Shown: in pieces, positions 13,327-25,766 of the stretch
Position numbering within the stretch: position 1 is the first letter of the stretch
How the letters are laid out: each line of letters begins with the position of its first letter
Assembly: GCF_037042905.1 (NCBI RefSeq)
Contig: NC_087263.1
Span: 11,844,001-11,908,000, forward strand
DNA length: 64,000 nucleotides
Source of the DNA: Lytechinus pictus
Lineage: Eukaryota
Direction of reading: 5' to 3'
Notes under the pieces: generated by a model
Seen by the model: the letters and a program-made list of their open reading frames with translations, nothing else
What the model was told of the DNA's origin: nothing
The model's database searches: none
Program-made: the position numbers and the translations under genes

Positions 13327-13529
13327 CTACAGGAAAATGTAAAAGGGAACTTTTTGTCAACAAGAGAATTTCATACATCCATGTATACCTGCTCTGAAAA
13401 AGTCTTTAAAAAACAAAGCTAAACTGAGAAGTTGCAGTTGCAGCAAACAAATATTTCATAATACAGACTTTAAAAGCTAGGGTAATTGTCACCACATAAT
13501 CATACATCTAGATCTGGTACATTCATATT

Positions 13530-13745
13530 AATAACAATAAATAATACGCATAAGACAAGTTAAGGTTTATGGTTATATCAGTGTGTTTTGAGATGTTTTT
13601 TGAAGAGGTCAAGAGAAGGTTTCGAAGAGATGGAGGGAGTTTGTTCCAAAGACGGGGGGCAAGAGATTCAAAGGAGTTGAAGCCGGCCTGTTTTCTGGAT
13701 TTTGGAATGACATAGGAAGGAGCAGCTGCAGAACGAAGAAATGTA
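13530..13745 (-). mobile_element. L2-like LINE 3' fragment
   Basis: SFESLAPRLWNKLPPSLR motif. Confidence 0.65.
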
Positions 13746-14563
13746 AGAAGGAAGTGTGGTTGACATAGATTTATAGGTTTGCACAAGTATTCGATAATGT
13801 ATTCTCTCAGAAACAGGTAGCTAATGTACATGTAGTTCATATTAAACCAAAGTATGTGAAATCATGAAATCTACATTCAAATATGATCACACAGAAGATC
13901 GGCCAACACAAATAAACACATGTGGGGTGAGGTATTTCTATTGCTTGGAAAAAGACCCAACACCTGACTGAAACACCAAGCTTGTTTTTTTCATTTTCTA
14001 TCCATTTACACATTTTATACTAGCATCATTCGGCGCAGGGTTTTCATACAAACTAACATCCGAAAACATTTTGAGAATGTTACAACTGGCATCTTAAAAG
14101 ATAAATGCCAGTCGTGGTAACAATTTCAAAATGAGTTTGTACAGAATCCAATAAAACGACCACCCAAGTGTATATATAAAAAGCTATGCCACGGAATTAT
14201 GGAACATATTGTGTAATTACTGAGAAATTAAACAAATTAAGCATGGGATTCGAGCAAAATGTCGGGCTTTTTTCCAAACAATAATAATACACTGTTCCAC
14301 ACGTGCTCATCTGTGTTGGCGATCTTCAGGGTTATTCTTTATTAGCTTATATTTCATGATTTCACAAAGTTCAGTATTTTTAACTGTACCAGATCTAGAT
14401 CTAGGATGAAATAGCGACAGTTAACCTTGCTTTTAAAGCTTTTCTTCTGAAATCAGCGTTTACTGCAACTACCCTCATTTAGCTCAGGGAGGGAAGGTTG
14501 ATGTTTATGGAAGTACATTTCTATTTAATTTCCCTGCGGTCTAGAGATTTTTGTCTTGCTTAC

Positions 14564-14656
14564 CCTATGTTCTGATGAGGACCTCTCTGTTGTGGACTGT
14601 ATGGGTAGCGTCTGTTCATGCCGCCTTGGTCGGGTCTAGAGTGTACAGGCGGAATC
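14564..14656 (-). CDS. PATL1: PAT1 homolog, coding exon
   Basis: IPPVHSRPDQGGMNRRYPYSPQQRGPHQNI; tttgtag/gtaagc flanks; phase 2 to 2 fits neighbouring exons. Confidence 0.8.
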
Positions 14657-14805
14657 CTACAAATGATATGAAGCAGATAGATAAAACAATGATACTTTTA
14701 GCATGAAACAGCACCAAAATTAATATAGTTTATTCAATGAGATTTATCTGTGAAACATTCTAAAGCTACTGCCTTTTTAAGTACAAATAATTTTTACATG
14801 TTCAT

Positions 14806-15124
14806 CATATATACCTGTCTTTGACGACATATATAATTTTTCAATTTAAGATTGATATTCACAGTCCATTGTAAATAACTTTTTTAACACACCCCAAAAT
14901 TAACTCCATTCCGCCTACCGGTATTCGTCCATTGACTTGAAAAATGTATTGAGAAACAACGTATATATATATCATATATGCCTGTCTTTGACGACATATA
15001 TGTTTCAATTTAAGATTGATATTCACAGTCCATTGTAAATAACTTTCTTAACACACCCCAAAATTTACTCCATTCCACCTACCGGTATTCGTCCATTGAC
15101 TTGAAAAATGTATTGAGAAACAAC

Positions 15125-15162
<38 letters not shown>

Positions 15163-15325
15163 TATATACCTGTCTTTGACGACATATTCACGGTATAATG
15201 TTTCAATTTAAGATTGATATTCAGTCCATTGTAAATAACTTTCTTGACACACCCCAAAATTAACTCCATTTTCCGCCTACCGGTATTCGTCCATTGACTT
15301 GAAAAATGTATTGAGAAACAATGAT
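14806..15325. repeat. Three tandem ~165-190 bp intronic repeats with variable (TA)n
   Basis: ctgtctttgacgacatat...ccggtattcgtccattgacttgaaaaatgtattgagaaacaa repeated three times. Confidence 0.9.
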
Positions 15326-15642
15326 ATGGACCCGTATTCAGAAGTTGGGTTTAATTTAAACTCTGGTTTTAAGTTGTGGTTTAACTATGGAAAGCAAGTT
15401 GTTACATAAATCTCTAACAGTAGAGGTTCAGTGTATCAGCTCATTTGACTCCTAATAGGTTACTACCTGCCTGGGAAGGATAGGTTTGACAAGTGTCTTC
15501 ACCAATAAAGAATTAGTAAAGAGCACAGTAAACATGAAAAGCATTTACTGTAAACAATATTTTTAAACATTTGGCTTCTCATAATTTTTTAGACCATAGT
15601 CTAAGTTAAACCTGACTTCAGAATACCGGCCATAAAGTTCAC

Positions 15643-16076
15643 CTTGGGTTCATGGGTGTAAGGCCATGCATCGCTCTTGGGAACCGCCCCCCTCTACCGC
15701 CACCCATGTGCATGGGAGGGGTGTTAGCTCCAGGACTTGACCCCATCATCATCCCCCGCGGAGACGAGGAATACGGCATCTGCGGGGACCCCGCATTGAA
15801 TGGCAATCTCTGGGTTCCCGGGAAGCCTGGCGACCCTGCGACGTTGGTGGCCTTCGGCCGCGGGACGTCGACGGAGGGGGGAGGGATGGAGGTGAAGACG
15901 GCCGTGCGGATGCTGTTTGGGGAGATGCGCCCACCGGTTGCATGCAGGCGTATGATGAGTTGGCTGATCTGAGTAGGGGATACCCTCCCTCCGATGTACT
16001 GGTGGATCTGGCGGGTGAGCTGCTGAAGGTGCTGCGGGTGGATGGGAACGACGGGAGACTGCCCCACACCAGGAGT
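15643..16076 (-). CDS. PATL1: PAT1 homolog, coding exon (Pro-rich region)
   Basis: TPGVGQSPVVPIHPQH...MNPR; GC-rich ORF; phase 0 to 2. Confidence 0.85.
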
Positions 16077-16578
16077 CTATGTGTGCATGAAACAAACAAA
16101 TATAATTTATGGACATTTCATTATCATACCTGCCAACTCTGACAGCGAAAAAATAGGAACAAGTAAACAAAAATCCAGAAATGGGGACATTCTTACATTT
16201 CCTAGTCACTACAAGAGAAAACATTTTCGGAAATAGGAACCCGTGGATAACAATTTTTATTTTCCCCAAAATAAGAATACCACTATTTTATAGGAGTACT
16301 TGCCAGATACGCAATATATCAAATGAAAATTATTCCAGTATATTCAGTTAGATGAACACATGTAGGTTCCATTCTGTTCGTGATTTGGCACCAAAGATCA
16401 CGAGACGGCCTACTGATAAAAGAAAATATAATATAAAAGTATTCTTTATTTAAAAGTGTACCACGATTCATGTCAAAATGTAATATTCCAGTCTACTATT
16501 ACAGCTAATGACCTATTGAAATAAACTGTTCATATCGAATTAATACTAATTAATCAAAACCAAAGGATGTACATGTAC

Positions 16579-16893
16579 CTTTTGTTGTATTGGTGAGGGA
16601 GTTGCTTGCAGAGGGGCCTGAATGTGTTGAGGAAATGGAGAATGTTTCTGTTGCTCCATAGGGGGGTGGGACGATCGTGCATGGTGCATCATGGATCCCC
16701 TGGGTGGTGTGCCGATTGGCAGCGGAATGGCAATGGGTGGAGAACCGATCTCCGGCGAGACGGAGCGGGCGGGAAGAGCTTTGCTTGGGGTCGGTTTGCG
16801 CCCCGTCATGAGCTCCTGTTCAAGCTCGGCGAGGGACATGACTTTCTTTTTCACAGGCTGGGAGTCGCTGACTGCACGGACGATAGCAGGGTC
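16579..16893 (-). CDS. PATL1: PAT1 homolog, coding exon (DPAI motif, Pro-rich region)
   Basis: DPAIVRAV...SLAELEQEL...PIGTPP; 315 nt open, AG/GT flanks. Confidence 0.9.
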
Positions 16894-17010
16894 CTGTAGT
16901 TTTTCAGAGAGAATGGAGACATACATAAGTCAATCTACTACAAGGCAAGTAATTGACCAGGGGGGGTGTTTCACAAAGATTAAAGTATGACTTTGCATCG
17001 CACTTGATAA

Positions 17011-17608
17011 AGGGGAATCCAGCCTTGGCCATAAAATGTTGTGTTGGGAAGGAGAAAAATAAATTAAACAGAATGGTGAAAGTTTGAAAGAAATCGGACA
17101 AGCAGTAAGAAAGTTATAGCTGCTTTAAAATTGAGATCACTAATACTATGTAGATTTCAAATTGGCAACTGGGTAAGTAAATTATGACAAGGGGCAAGGA
17201 CAACTTTCCCATAGGCCATATACTTTATTATCAGGGATTTGTGGTTTTCTCCTACGTACCCATTCCCTGGGGCAGTAATCTAAATATAACCCAGGTAGTA
17301 TATTGTTTTATGTCCTCATGAAAGAAAAATATAATTTGAAATTAAACTTTTGGGAAAAATGACATTTTAGCCATAATATGTATTGGAGTACATGGAAGAG
17401 TAGTCCTTGCCTTTAATACATCAATATGACATCCCATATGCGGCCAATTTGAAGTCTCCATGGGTATAGTGATTACCAATATTTACAACTTTTAAAAATT
17501 CATAACTTTCTTGTTGTTTGTCCAATATTGTTCAAACTTTCACCTTTCAACTTGTCTGATTTTTCTTTTCCTTACAAAAACAAGTTTTTATTTGGGTTGG
17601 ATTCCCCT
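17011..17608. mobile_element. Kolobok-like MITE (same family as 585-1498), nested in another MITE (~16958-17783)
   Basis: TIR aggggaatcca/tggattcccct; host element has gggggtgtttcacaaagatt / aatctttgtaaaacaccccc ends. Confidence 0.8.
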
Positions 17609-18551
17609 TTAAATGCCGACGCGCATATGATATGTAACGCGTAATCTGATTGATGGACATGCGGAAGTGCACGTCCCATGCCCATCTTCTGACCAATGAG
17701 GTGATGTATTCTATACCGTACGCAACTGGGAATTTAAGTGCGACTCTAAGTCACACCTAAATCTTTGTAAAACACCCCCTTGGGCTAAGCAATTTGTAAA
17801 ATCAATATGCAAAACACGTGTCATTGACGACTTCTAAGTCAAATTTCACATAGGGTGAAAAGTTGAAAAGTTATTAATAATCTTAGGCAAATTCATCTGT
17901 AGAACTTAAAAGTTGCCTACGTTTCCAGTTTTATTTGGTACATAAGAGAGGCACCCTAAGGGGGGGCAGGGGCCCTTTGTTTTTTTGCAAGTGGTGAGAG
18001 ATAAGCAGAATACAAAGGGGAAAATGAGGGTGTAAAGAAAGAACAAGGGAGAAGAATATATAAAAGAAAGGTCTGGGCCATACTACATTGTATAATGACT
18101 CTAAATTCAGCTGGAAAAAAATATTATATCACCTTTAGGGTGTATTGCCCCCCCCCCCCCTGCCCATCAAGATATCATGACCCTGCTGCCCTGGGTGGCG
18201 CATCACCTAATTAGCTAGATTTATAATAAGGGAAGTGCAGTACTGTGAAGTAATCGTTCAGTTTATTTATTTATCACATTTATTCATAAATATTATTTCT
18301 GGCAGAAGGAATACAGGAAAAAAAATTTATACAAGAAAATTGAAAGACCCATCGACCGAAGGGCAGGGATAGCAAAAAGGAAACTAGTTCCTATTAAATG
18401 TTCTCCCATCACCAGTCCATAGTTTACAGTTCTGACATCAATGAGAACTTAAAATGCATCTTTTATCATCCAAAGTTGATGCAGCACATAATGCACATTT
18501 GAAACCAAGCTTTTCATACATATCTCTGATAGTTTGAGGTTTGTTTCTTAC

Positions 18552-18782
18552 CTCCCATCCATCGTCGGCGGGCCTTCCGGGAGGGGCCTGGCCGATATGA
18601 AGCATAGCCTTCAGCCGTTCCTCTGTGGCAGCTACCCCTGGCTTCGTTGGCATCTCCACCGTCTGGTGCACCTCCGGGGAGCCCCAGATGTTACGGGTCG
18701 GGGACATGAAGTCGGTAGGGTCGAAGAGCGAAGGCGGGGACTTTGGCCCGAACAGTTGACTGATGCTGGATTCCTGACCACC
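18552..18782 (-). CDS. PATL1: PAT1 homolog, coding exon
   Basis: GGQESSISQLFGPK...RNIWGSP...DDGWE, 231 nt open, AG/GT flanks. Confidence 0.85.
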
Positions 18783-19265
18783 CTAAAAGAACCAAGGAGA
18801 GTACAAGATAATGTATGCATTGAATGCACCTGGCTCATTGCATAAACCCAATGAAGATGCATTTATTTTCCTTTAATCTCCTTTGAAAATATTGCCACCA
18901 TAGTTATAGAAGCTATATGATCGTTGGCACATAATCTGAGTAAGATTTGTCTCTGGAACAAGTCTCAATCCCTTACAAATCACAGATCTTTAAGTGTTGC
19001 AAGGACCCCAGTTAGTACTAGGAGAAGGAATATGTCGCGATGACTTTCAATTTGTTGATTATCGTGTCCACACGACTCATAACAATGAGTGGGGGCTCTC
19101 GACAGGTGGACACAGCATACACCAAAGCAATCTTTTAATTTTAATCTACTATTCACATAAAGAGTGTTCACTTTTTAATGTGTCTACACGTGGCTAAATT
19201 GCAAGCCAACCATTAGAGTTTAAAACTTTGAAATAATCTTAGCAATATCTTGTGAAGGAAATTAC

Positions 19266-19373
19266 CTTGATGGAGATGGGCTTGGACTGGGAAGAGGTCC
19301 TGCTGGCTGGATCGTAGTGAGATTCTTCCTCTTCAAGAACTAGATTGGTGATACTCTTCTCAAGGTCATCCTC
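19266..19373 (-). CDS. PATL1: PAT1 homolog, coding exon
   Basis: EDDLEKSITNLVLEEEE...PISIK, 108 nt open, AG/GT flanks, phase 0 to 0. Confidence 0.85.
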
Positions 19374-19854
19374 CTGTCAACAAACACAATCAATCAAGAT
19401 TCTCATTTCAAGTCTTGGGTTCTTACATTGCACACAGTCTATCGCAAACAATTTACAGAAAAACTAGAAAAATACACAAAGGCAGCTCTTGCAGTTAGCC
19501 CCTTTTTTATCAGCTTAGAAATATTGTAAGTATTAGGCAGTTAAGGTGGGCATACAAGCAAAGCAATTAAATAGCAAGCTCTGCCACAGGCCCATTTAAT
19601 AATAAACATCTAAGGTAACTTTTGTATTATAACTACCATGGTAACTAGCTCATTAGTAAAGCAAAATCAAGATTTCATCACACATGTAGTAATCATAACT
19701 ACAATTTTAGGTTACCATAGTCTAAACACATAAACACAAATATATTTTTGCCAGCAAACTGCAAACTTTGACAGGGTCCCTGACTGGATATTCCATAAGA
19801 ATTAAAATTCACCCAATAATGGTCTCAAGAAAAAGGATTTTGGGACTGCAACTC

Positions 19855-20165
19855 ATCAGCGTTTTGTGGGGTTGGACGGTTTATTTCCTTGATGGCTCTC
19901 TTTAACATGTCCTGTCATGTGGGCCAATGCTGTAGGTGATGTTTGACACTTTTCTATCTTCTTTGATAGTCCCCCCCTATGTCTTGATTCCTCCGAACAA
20001 CTGAAACTTAGCATTCCCAGGAGCCAGTGGGTCTCTTCTCTCCTAACCACATGACCATACTGTCTCACCTGTCCTGTCCTTACCAGGCCCATGGACTGGA
20101 GGAGGTCTTGGTTTTTCTTTCTTTCACATGATACCCTGCACATCCATCTGCCATCCTCCTCTCAA
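19855..20165 (-). mobile_element. RTE-like LINE 3' fragment (degraded)
   Basis: RQYGHVVRREETHWL resembles the RWxGHVxR motif. Confidence 0.5.
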
Positions 20166-20169
20166 TCTT

Positions 20170-20850
20170 TTCAATGCACTCCACACTGGATAATTTTTAT
20201 GCCCATATCTCGCAAATAATTTTGTTATTACCTCAAAGGAAGGCACCATCTTATCATGCTCTCTCCCACGTGTCCAAGCTGGGACCAGTATTAAGGCATA
20301 CCGTTTTAATCTCAAACACAAAGGATAATTTTTTGCCTGCTTATTGCAAACCAACTTGTCATCATGCTATCTCCCCAGGCACCGACATCATGGTCCCCAG
20401 GCCTCCGTCTTACAAAGACTTGCGATTTATATGATCAACCACAACTATAGAAAGGCAGTAACGCCAATATCTAATGTTTTCTAGATATGATGTAAACCCA
20501 AACATTTATCTTTGTCTTGACAATTGGGTGTGCCTCTCTCTGTGTACACAGACATTGTGCAAATTTCCTGTGGGAAGAATTAGGACAAGGTTGATCGGAT
20601 CAATCGTAACTTTTTGTAAGACTGGGCCCAGGTCATAATCAGGAGTGCACTGTTTGATCTCGACACAAAGGACGATCTTTACTTGCAAACCATAACCATT
20701 CTCTTCTTAGCTCAAAGAAGGGTATGATATCATCATCCTGACCCCCACAGGCCCCAGGTCAAAATATGATGTATGACTTGCACACTGCAAACCATTTTGT
20801 TCTTACCTCAAAGAAAGGTACCATATTACCATGCTGTCCTCCATGGGCTC
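20170..20850 (-). repeat. Degenerate tandem copies of a PATL1 exon end + donor
   Basis: About 20215-20275 and 20695-20756 align with the real junction at about 20790-20850; a MITE interrupts at about 20395-20630. Confidence 0.75.
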
Positions 20851-20919
20851 CGGCTGGTTGATCTCCACCAAACTGGAACTCATCTACCATACGCTCATGA
20901 GCATCGGCCCAATCTCCCG
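20807..20919 (-). CDS. PATL1: PAT1 homolog, coding exon
   Basis: (A)GDWADAHERMVDEF...MVPFFE, cf. DDWQEAHERL; tttgtag acceptor, gtaaga donor; phase 1 to 0. Confidence 0.9.
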
Positions 20920-21605
20920 CTACAAAATTAAAATTGAATGACAATGAATTCCGTTAAAAAAAAAAATGCATATTCACCACTACAAATCTGTAATACCCCT
21001 ATACATACTAAGAGATTCCCCGCAAATACATGTAAATGTAGTTACTTTCTGATGTTACATACAAAATGGCATACATGTGTAATAAACTATCTAGAATCAT
21101 CCACAACCCAGAAGAAATAGATATTTTACATTTATGGAGCATTGAAAGAAACCTGCAAGCTAATTTCAGGTCCCAAAATAAATTGTCAGTCTTGCAATTA
21201 AACTCAATTGCTGGTCTACCTTTTGAAACAAGATGTTAAAATTGATTTGCATTAGCTAAAATTGATCAATCAATTGTACATTCCCGAGGGAAAGTTGCAA
21301 TTGACTGAAAATATTCTCTTGCAACAGCCCATAAGAATTTGGCTTAGGATTGGTTTATTCAAACTCGCCTTAATCCCAATCCCCTTTACCAACAGTGATT
21401 TATTTGTTTAACAATTGGGTCGCTAACCTAAAAAAAGAAATAATAATAAAAATAATTGTATCCATAGTGTAACCATTGATTCTAGAGAGCTCTATATATA
21501 TGGATGGTTGTCGGTTCCGAGGCAGCAAGATAATTGACTCTGGACTCTACATCATTACAGTACATATTTTAATTGAATATATAATAATAATCATAATACA
21601 CTAAC

Positions 21606-21690
21606 CATCAGCTCCAGTTCCGAAGGTGTCATCATTGACATTGTCATAGAACTCTCCTAAATCCTCCTCATCTGGTCCCTCATCAAGTGG
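21606..21690 (-). CDS. PATL1: PAT1 homolog, coding exon (first recognisable; N-terminal acidic DDTFG motif)
   Basis: Translates PLDEGPDEEDLGEFYDNVNDDTFGTGAD, resembling the PATL1 N-terminus (PLDE...NDDTFG); AG/GT flanks, phase 0 to 1. Confidence 0.9.
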
Positions 21691-22699
21691 CTGTTTAACA
21701 AAACATTAATAAGACAAACGGTGACGAGGAATAAAACAAACAAATAAAAAAAATCTTGTTTGCACAACATTAATGGCCTGAATAGAACCTCCCACTTTAT
21801 AGTGGATGCTAAGTGTGTCAACAAACCCTACTTTGCTAGTTATGGAGGAGATCATTGTCCATATTGTTCAAAGAACATTCATGCCAAACAGATCCTAAAT
21901 AGAAGTAGGAACTTTTATATCAAGCATACACGTGAATAAAAAAAAATAAAATGAATAAATAAATAAATGAATAAAATAAAAACAATGAAAATAAATAAAC
22001 AAACAAACAAATAAATAAATGAATGAATGAATGAATAAATCAAATAAATAAATGACTGACCGACCCTAGTTGTTTTCCAATGTTCCAGCACAAACACTTT
22101 TTTTAACATGATGCTGCTGATGAACAACAGGAGGGATGTTTATGGTAATCACTTTGATGATGATGAGGGAGACAATAGTGGTGATAATGATGGAAATAAT
22201 GGTGACGATGTCAATACTGGTTATGATAAAGAGGAGGATGTTCATGATGCACTCATTCTATGAACAAGGTTATGATGTAATTATAACCTTGTTCTCTGTT
22301 ACTACTCCCTGTGTGGTGAAATAAGGTTGGCAATGTTAGGCTTATTTTTCTTTTTCTTTGGGACAAATGCTTGATTTTTTGACACTGTCAGTTTCCATTA
22401 CAGCTATTCATCTTACAACTTGGCTCTTAAATAACTTTGGTTCTTAAAATTATTTTTTTTGGGCTCATGATGATGCCTGGTGGTGATGTTGTTTTTGTTG
22501 CACGCACCCCCATTTTTTACCCATCCTAAGGCTGTAACCGATTTTAAAATCGGCTCCCGATTTTATCAAATTTTACCACAATCGGCGATCACCTTCCGAT
22601 CTTCGATCATGCCCCTTGAAGGAAAAAAATCGGATATAAAAATTCAGCGTAGATCTAGTTACATTGCGTGATCACAATATTTTTTTGAGGTGCTAGCTA

Positions 22700-23000
22700 T
22701 TTAGAGGTCGCATTAATCAGGGAGAAAGACGTGGTATTATCTCTGACCATGTTTACGAGGATAGATATCTTCTCTTCAATTTCGTGGTGATAGCGGACGC
22801 TGCCATGAACTTTTAAAGGTCGCATTACTGACGGAGATCACTGCGCTACTCTCTTACATCGTTTATGATGATAGACATCTTCTCTTCAAGCTCGTGGTGA
22901 TAGCGGACGCCGCCGTGAACTTTTAAAGTTTGTATTACTGACGGAAATCATTCTTTACTCTCTTACCTCCTTTATAATGATAAACATCTTCTCTTCAACC
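22700..23000. repeat. Three ~115-bp tandem repeats within a larger unclassified repeat
   Basis: ...gtcgcatta...atcttctcttcaa...cgtggtgatagcggacgc repeated. Confidence 0.7.
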
Positions 23001-23429
23001 TCAATTTATTTGTCTTTGCAACTTCGTCGGGAGATTCCTTTTTTTATTTCTTCTTGGATATCAAAAGTTCATTTCTCAAGATAGTAATAAATTGATTTGA
23101 AAACGCTAGCTCCTCAAAACATTTTAATAACATGTTCCGAATCATCGTGCGTGCTTGCGACTTCTACTACGTTTTAATTGCACTTGCGACTTTAAGATGA
23201 TGCGTAGTACAAGATCAAGAGATCATTCCAATAAATAATTCTAAATCGCTAGCACCTATAAAAATAGATGTTCTGCCGATCGTTCATTAACCTGTGATCT
23301 ATGACTATGAGAATTATTTTCATTTCATTTTCCTTTGCGACTTTGCTCGGAAGATGCATCATTCAGTTATCTATCTTTCTAATAAAAATCACTTGGTCTA
23401 TTTTAAACATGTTAAAGCAGTATTTGTAA

Positions 23430-24364
23430 TAGCCTCTTGTCGAGGCCCTGTCGGCTGCTTTCCGAGCGAACATGGCAAAGCACGGGAGAGAGCGAAACAG
23501 AGCGCCGCGAGACAGGGCCTCTTGACATCTGTACCGAATTTCACCGACTTTCTTTTGTTTTTTATTGTTTTTACCAATTCACCGACCAAAAACTGGTCGG
23601 TGAAAATCATCCAATGAGAGCGCGAGCTGCTATGACGTCATATTAAATATTCATGAGCTCATCTTGAATGGCGACCCTTGGATTCTTGGCGAAGAGTGAC
23701 GACGAAATATCAAAGAGCACTGAATATGCCTCTAAAACACTGAATATTGACCGATTTAAGGATTTGCAAGTCGATGAAATTAACTCTGCACTGAAAGGAC
23801 GAGATGTCTTTGTAAATCTACCCACAGGATATGGAAAAAATGTAATATTTCATGCGATTCCACCGGTCGATCCGGGGCGTCGATTATCGATCTCCGCTGT
23901 GCAGTGCAGTGAGGGAAGCTGGGGTGGAGTTGCTGGGAGTTGACTCGAGTCTGACCAGCGGCTGAGCAGTATCTCCCGGGAAGTTTCGGGGCGGTGATGG
24001 GTCTGTTACGGCCAGTAGTAGTATAGTAGTAGTAGTAGTACCACTACTTGTAGCATTTTGCTGGTTATATGATTATATCCCCTTTAGTGTCCCGCAATTA
24101 AATGAATCCCCTGCAGAATAGTGGACTACTACATAGTATTCCGAACCCAAGATAGACGAAACAGCTCTGACATTTCATTGGTTTACTCGGTGACCGGTAA
24201 TATCATGTCTCATGTATATTCATTAGGAAGACGTTCCTCATGAATATATAATTCAGTTCAGATGTCAAGAGGCCCTGGCTCGCGCCAGGCCTAATTCGCT
24301 TCGCGAATTAGGAAAGCCCTCGCTTCGCTCGGGAAGCAGCCGCCAGGGCCTCGACAAGAAGCTA
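23430..24364 (+). mobile_element. Non-autonomous Academ (AcademH-like) DNA transposon with RecQ-type helicase fragment
   Basis: TIRs tagcctcttgtcgaggccctg.../...cagggcctcgacaagaagcta; perfect 9-bp TSD tatttgtaa; internal ORF 23668-23943 with GRDVFVNLPTGYGK. Confidence 0.85.
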
Positions 24365-24749
24365 TATTTGTAACACCTCAAAACGTCCCTAGGCTTAATT
24401 AAAACATGTTCCAAACGATCGCACATGTTGGCAACTTCCATTCCAATGCATTAGTTTTGGTGACTTTGTCAGGAAGATGCGCGCGACTGCGAAAATTTTG
24501 ATGTATTCCTTTATTTTTAAACATCGCTGATTCGATTTCGATTTTAGAAGCTTAACTGCCGATCCGATTATCGATCTGATCCACTCTAGGCGACACCCCA
24601 ATACTTACCCGTGTTAATAAACTGGGACTCCACTCACACGCATTTGGGCCGCCCTAGCTTAGAACTAAGCAATATTATCTAGAAATTGTTAAACTGTAGT
24701 CTTCAAATATGTTCTATTAAATAAATTGATAATGTTTAATCGGTACTCA

Positions 24750-25240
24750 CCGGTTATTTTGTTGCATTTTCAGACCATTTCTCACAATTCTTCGTAAATA
24801 TTTGCGGCAAATTTTGTCGCCATAGACAGCTATACGTCCATCTTTATTAATAAATGGAGCGCCCTTTACGATAGTTGTTAATGCCGCGGAGAAATCGTTA
24901 GGCATTTTGGCCTGTGTTCAAGGCGTTCTTTCTGTTTTATTTTTTATATTGAAGATTGTGCATTTGTTGAATAGCGCCGTCTACGTCAGGTATGAGATCG
25001 AGTGTATAAATACACTCTTCCAAAATAATTATGATTCCGACCTGGCGCTGTTTAACTTCAATCTCTTTCACCTAAATTAGCGATTAATGCTAGCATTATC
25101 AACGTCTGACGAAAAGAATAACCAACCGATCAGCTGACGAGAACGCGAATCACGTGATCTTCATATCAGCTTCGATCGCGAGTCAGAAGTGAAGAGCAAC
25201 TGCCCAGAAAATCAGGAAAATGCCGTGAAAATGTAAGTTC
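24750..25240. promoter_or_regulatory. Probable bidirectional promoter with divergent first exons (PATL1 minus, DEAF1 plus)
   Basis: CpG-retaining stretch; minus-strand donor gtgagt at 24750; plus-strand donor gtaagt at 25233; E-box tcacgtga at 25150; the two genes are head-to-head. Confidence 0.5.
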
Positions 25241-25528
25241 CCCTTCATTTCTTTCATTTTTTTGTTGTTGCTAACGATGCATTTACAGTTTTTTATTACA
25301 CTATAAAATTATAATTCAAATAAGAGAAAGGAATATAGCTTGTAGGCCCTACTTGTGATATAATATAGAAATATCCTGTTCTCAGATATTTCTAACCAAA
25401 AATACTACTGATGTCGCCTATGAGTATGAGGTCCATACATGTAATGTTTGGACCTCATTGGTACGGTACTAGGTCTAGGACTTAGTTTTAGGAGTGATCT
25501 GATCAATCATGCTGATTTTTTATCCGAT

Positions 25529-25766
25529 TGTCGCGGTCGCGCCCCCAGCTTGACCACTAGGTTGATACCTGAAGCTAAGAATATAAGGAATAAATCACCT
25601 ACCAGTAGTTTTCTGGAGTGATGTCCTTAGATCCTGTCTATTCCGTGTGAGTTCAGCTTCAAATACGATGATCCAAGGGATCCAACGTCCTCCAGCGTCT
25701 AAAAGGGGTCCAGCGCCATCTCCCGGTGGAAGACCTATATGGGGGGTGGGGTGACTTACTACAACA
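25529..25766 (-). repeat. 3' LTR
   Basis: Direct repeat of 31777-32014. Confidence 0.95.

Noticed and set aside
23668..23943. Host RecQ helicase gene
   Set aside because: Only an N-terminal stub enclosed by TIRs and a 9-bp TSD
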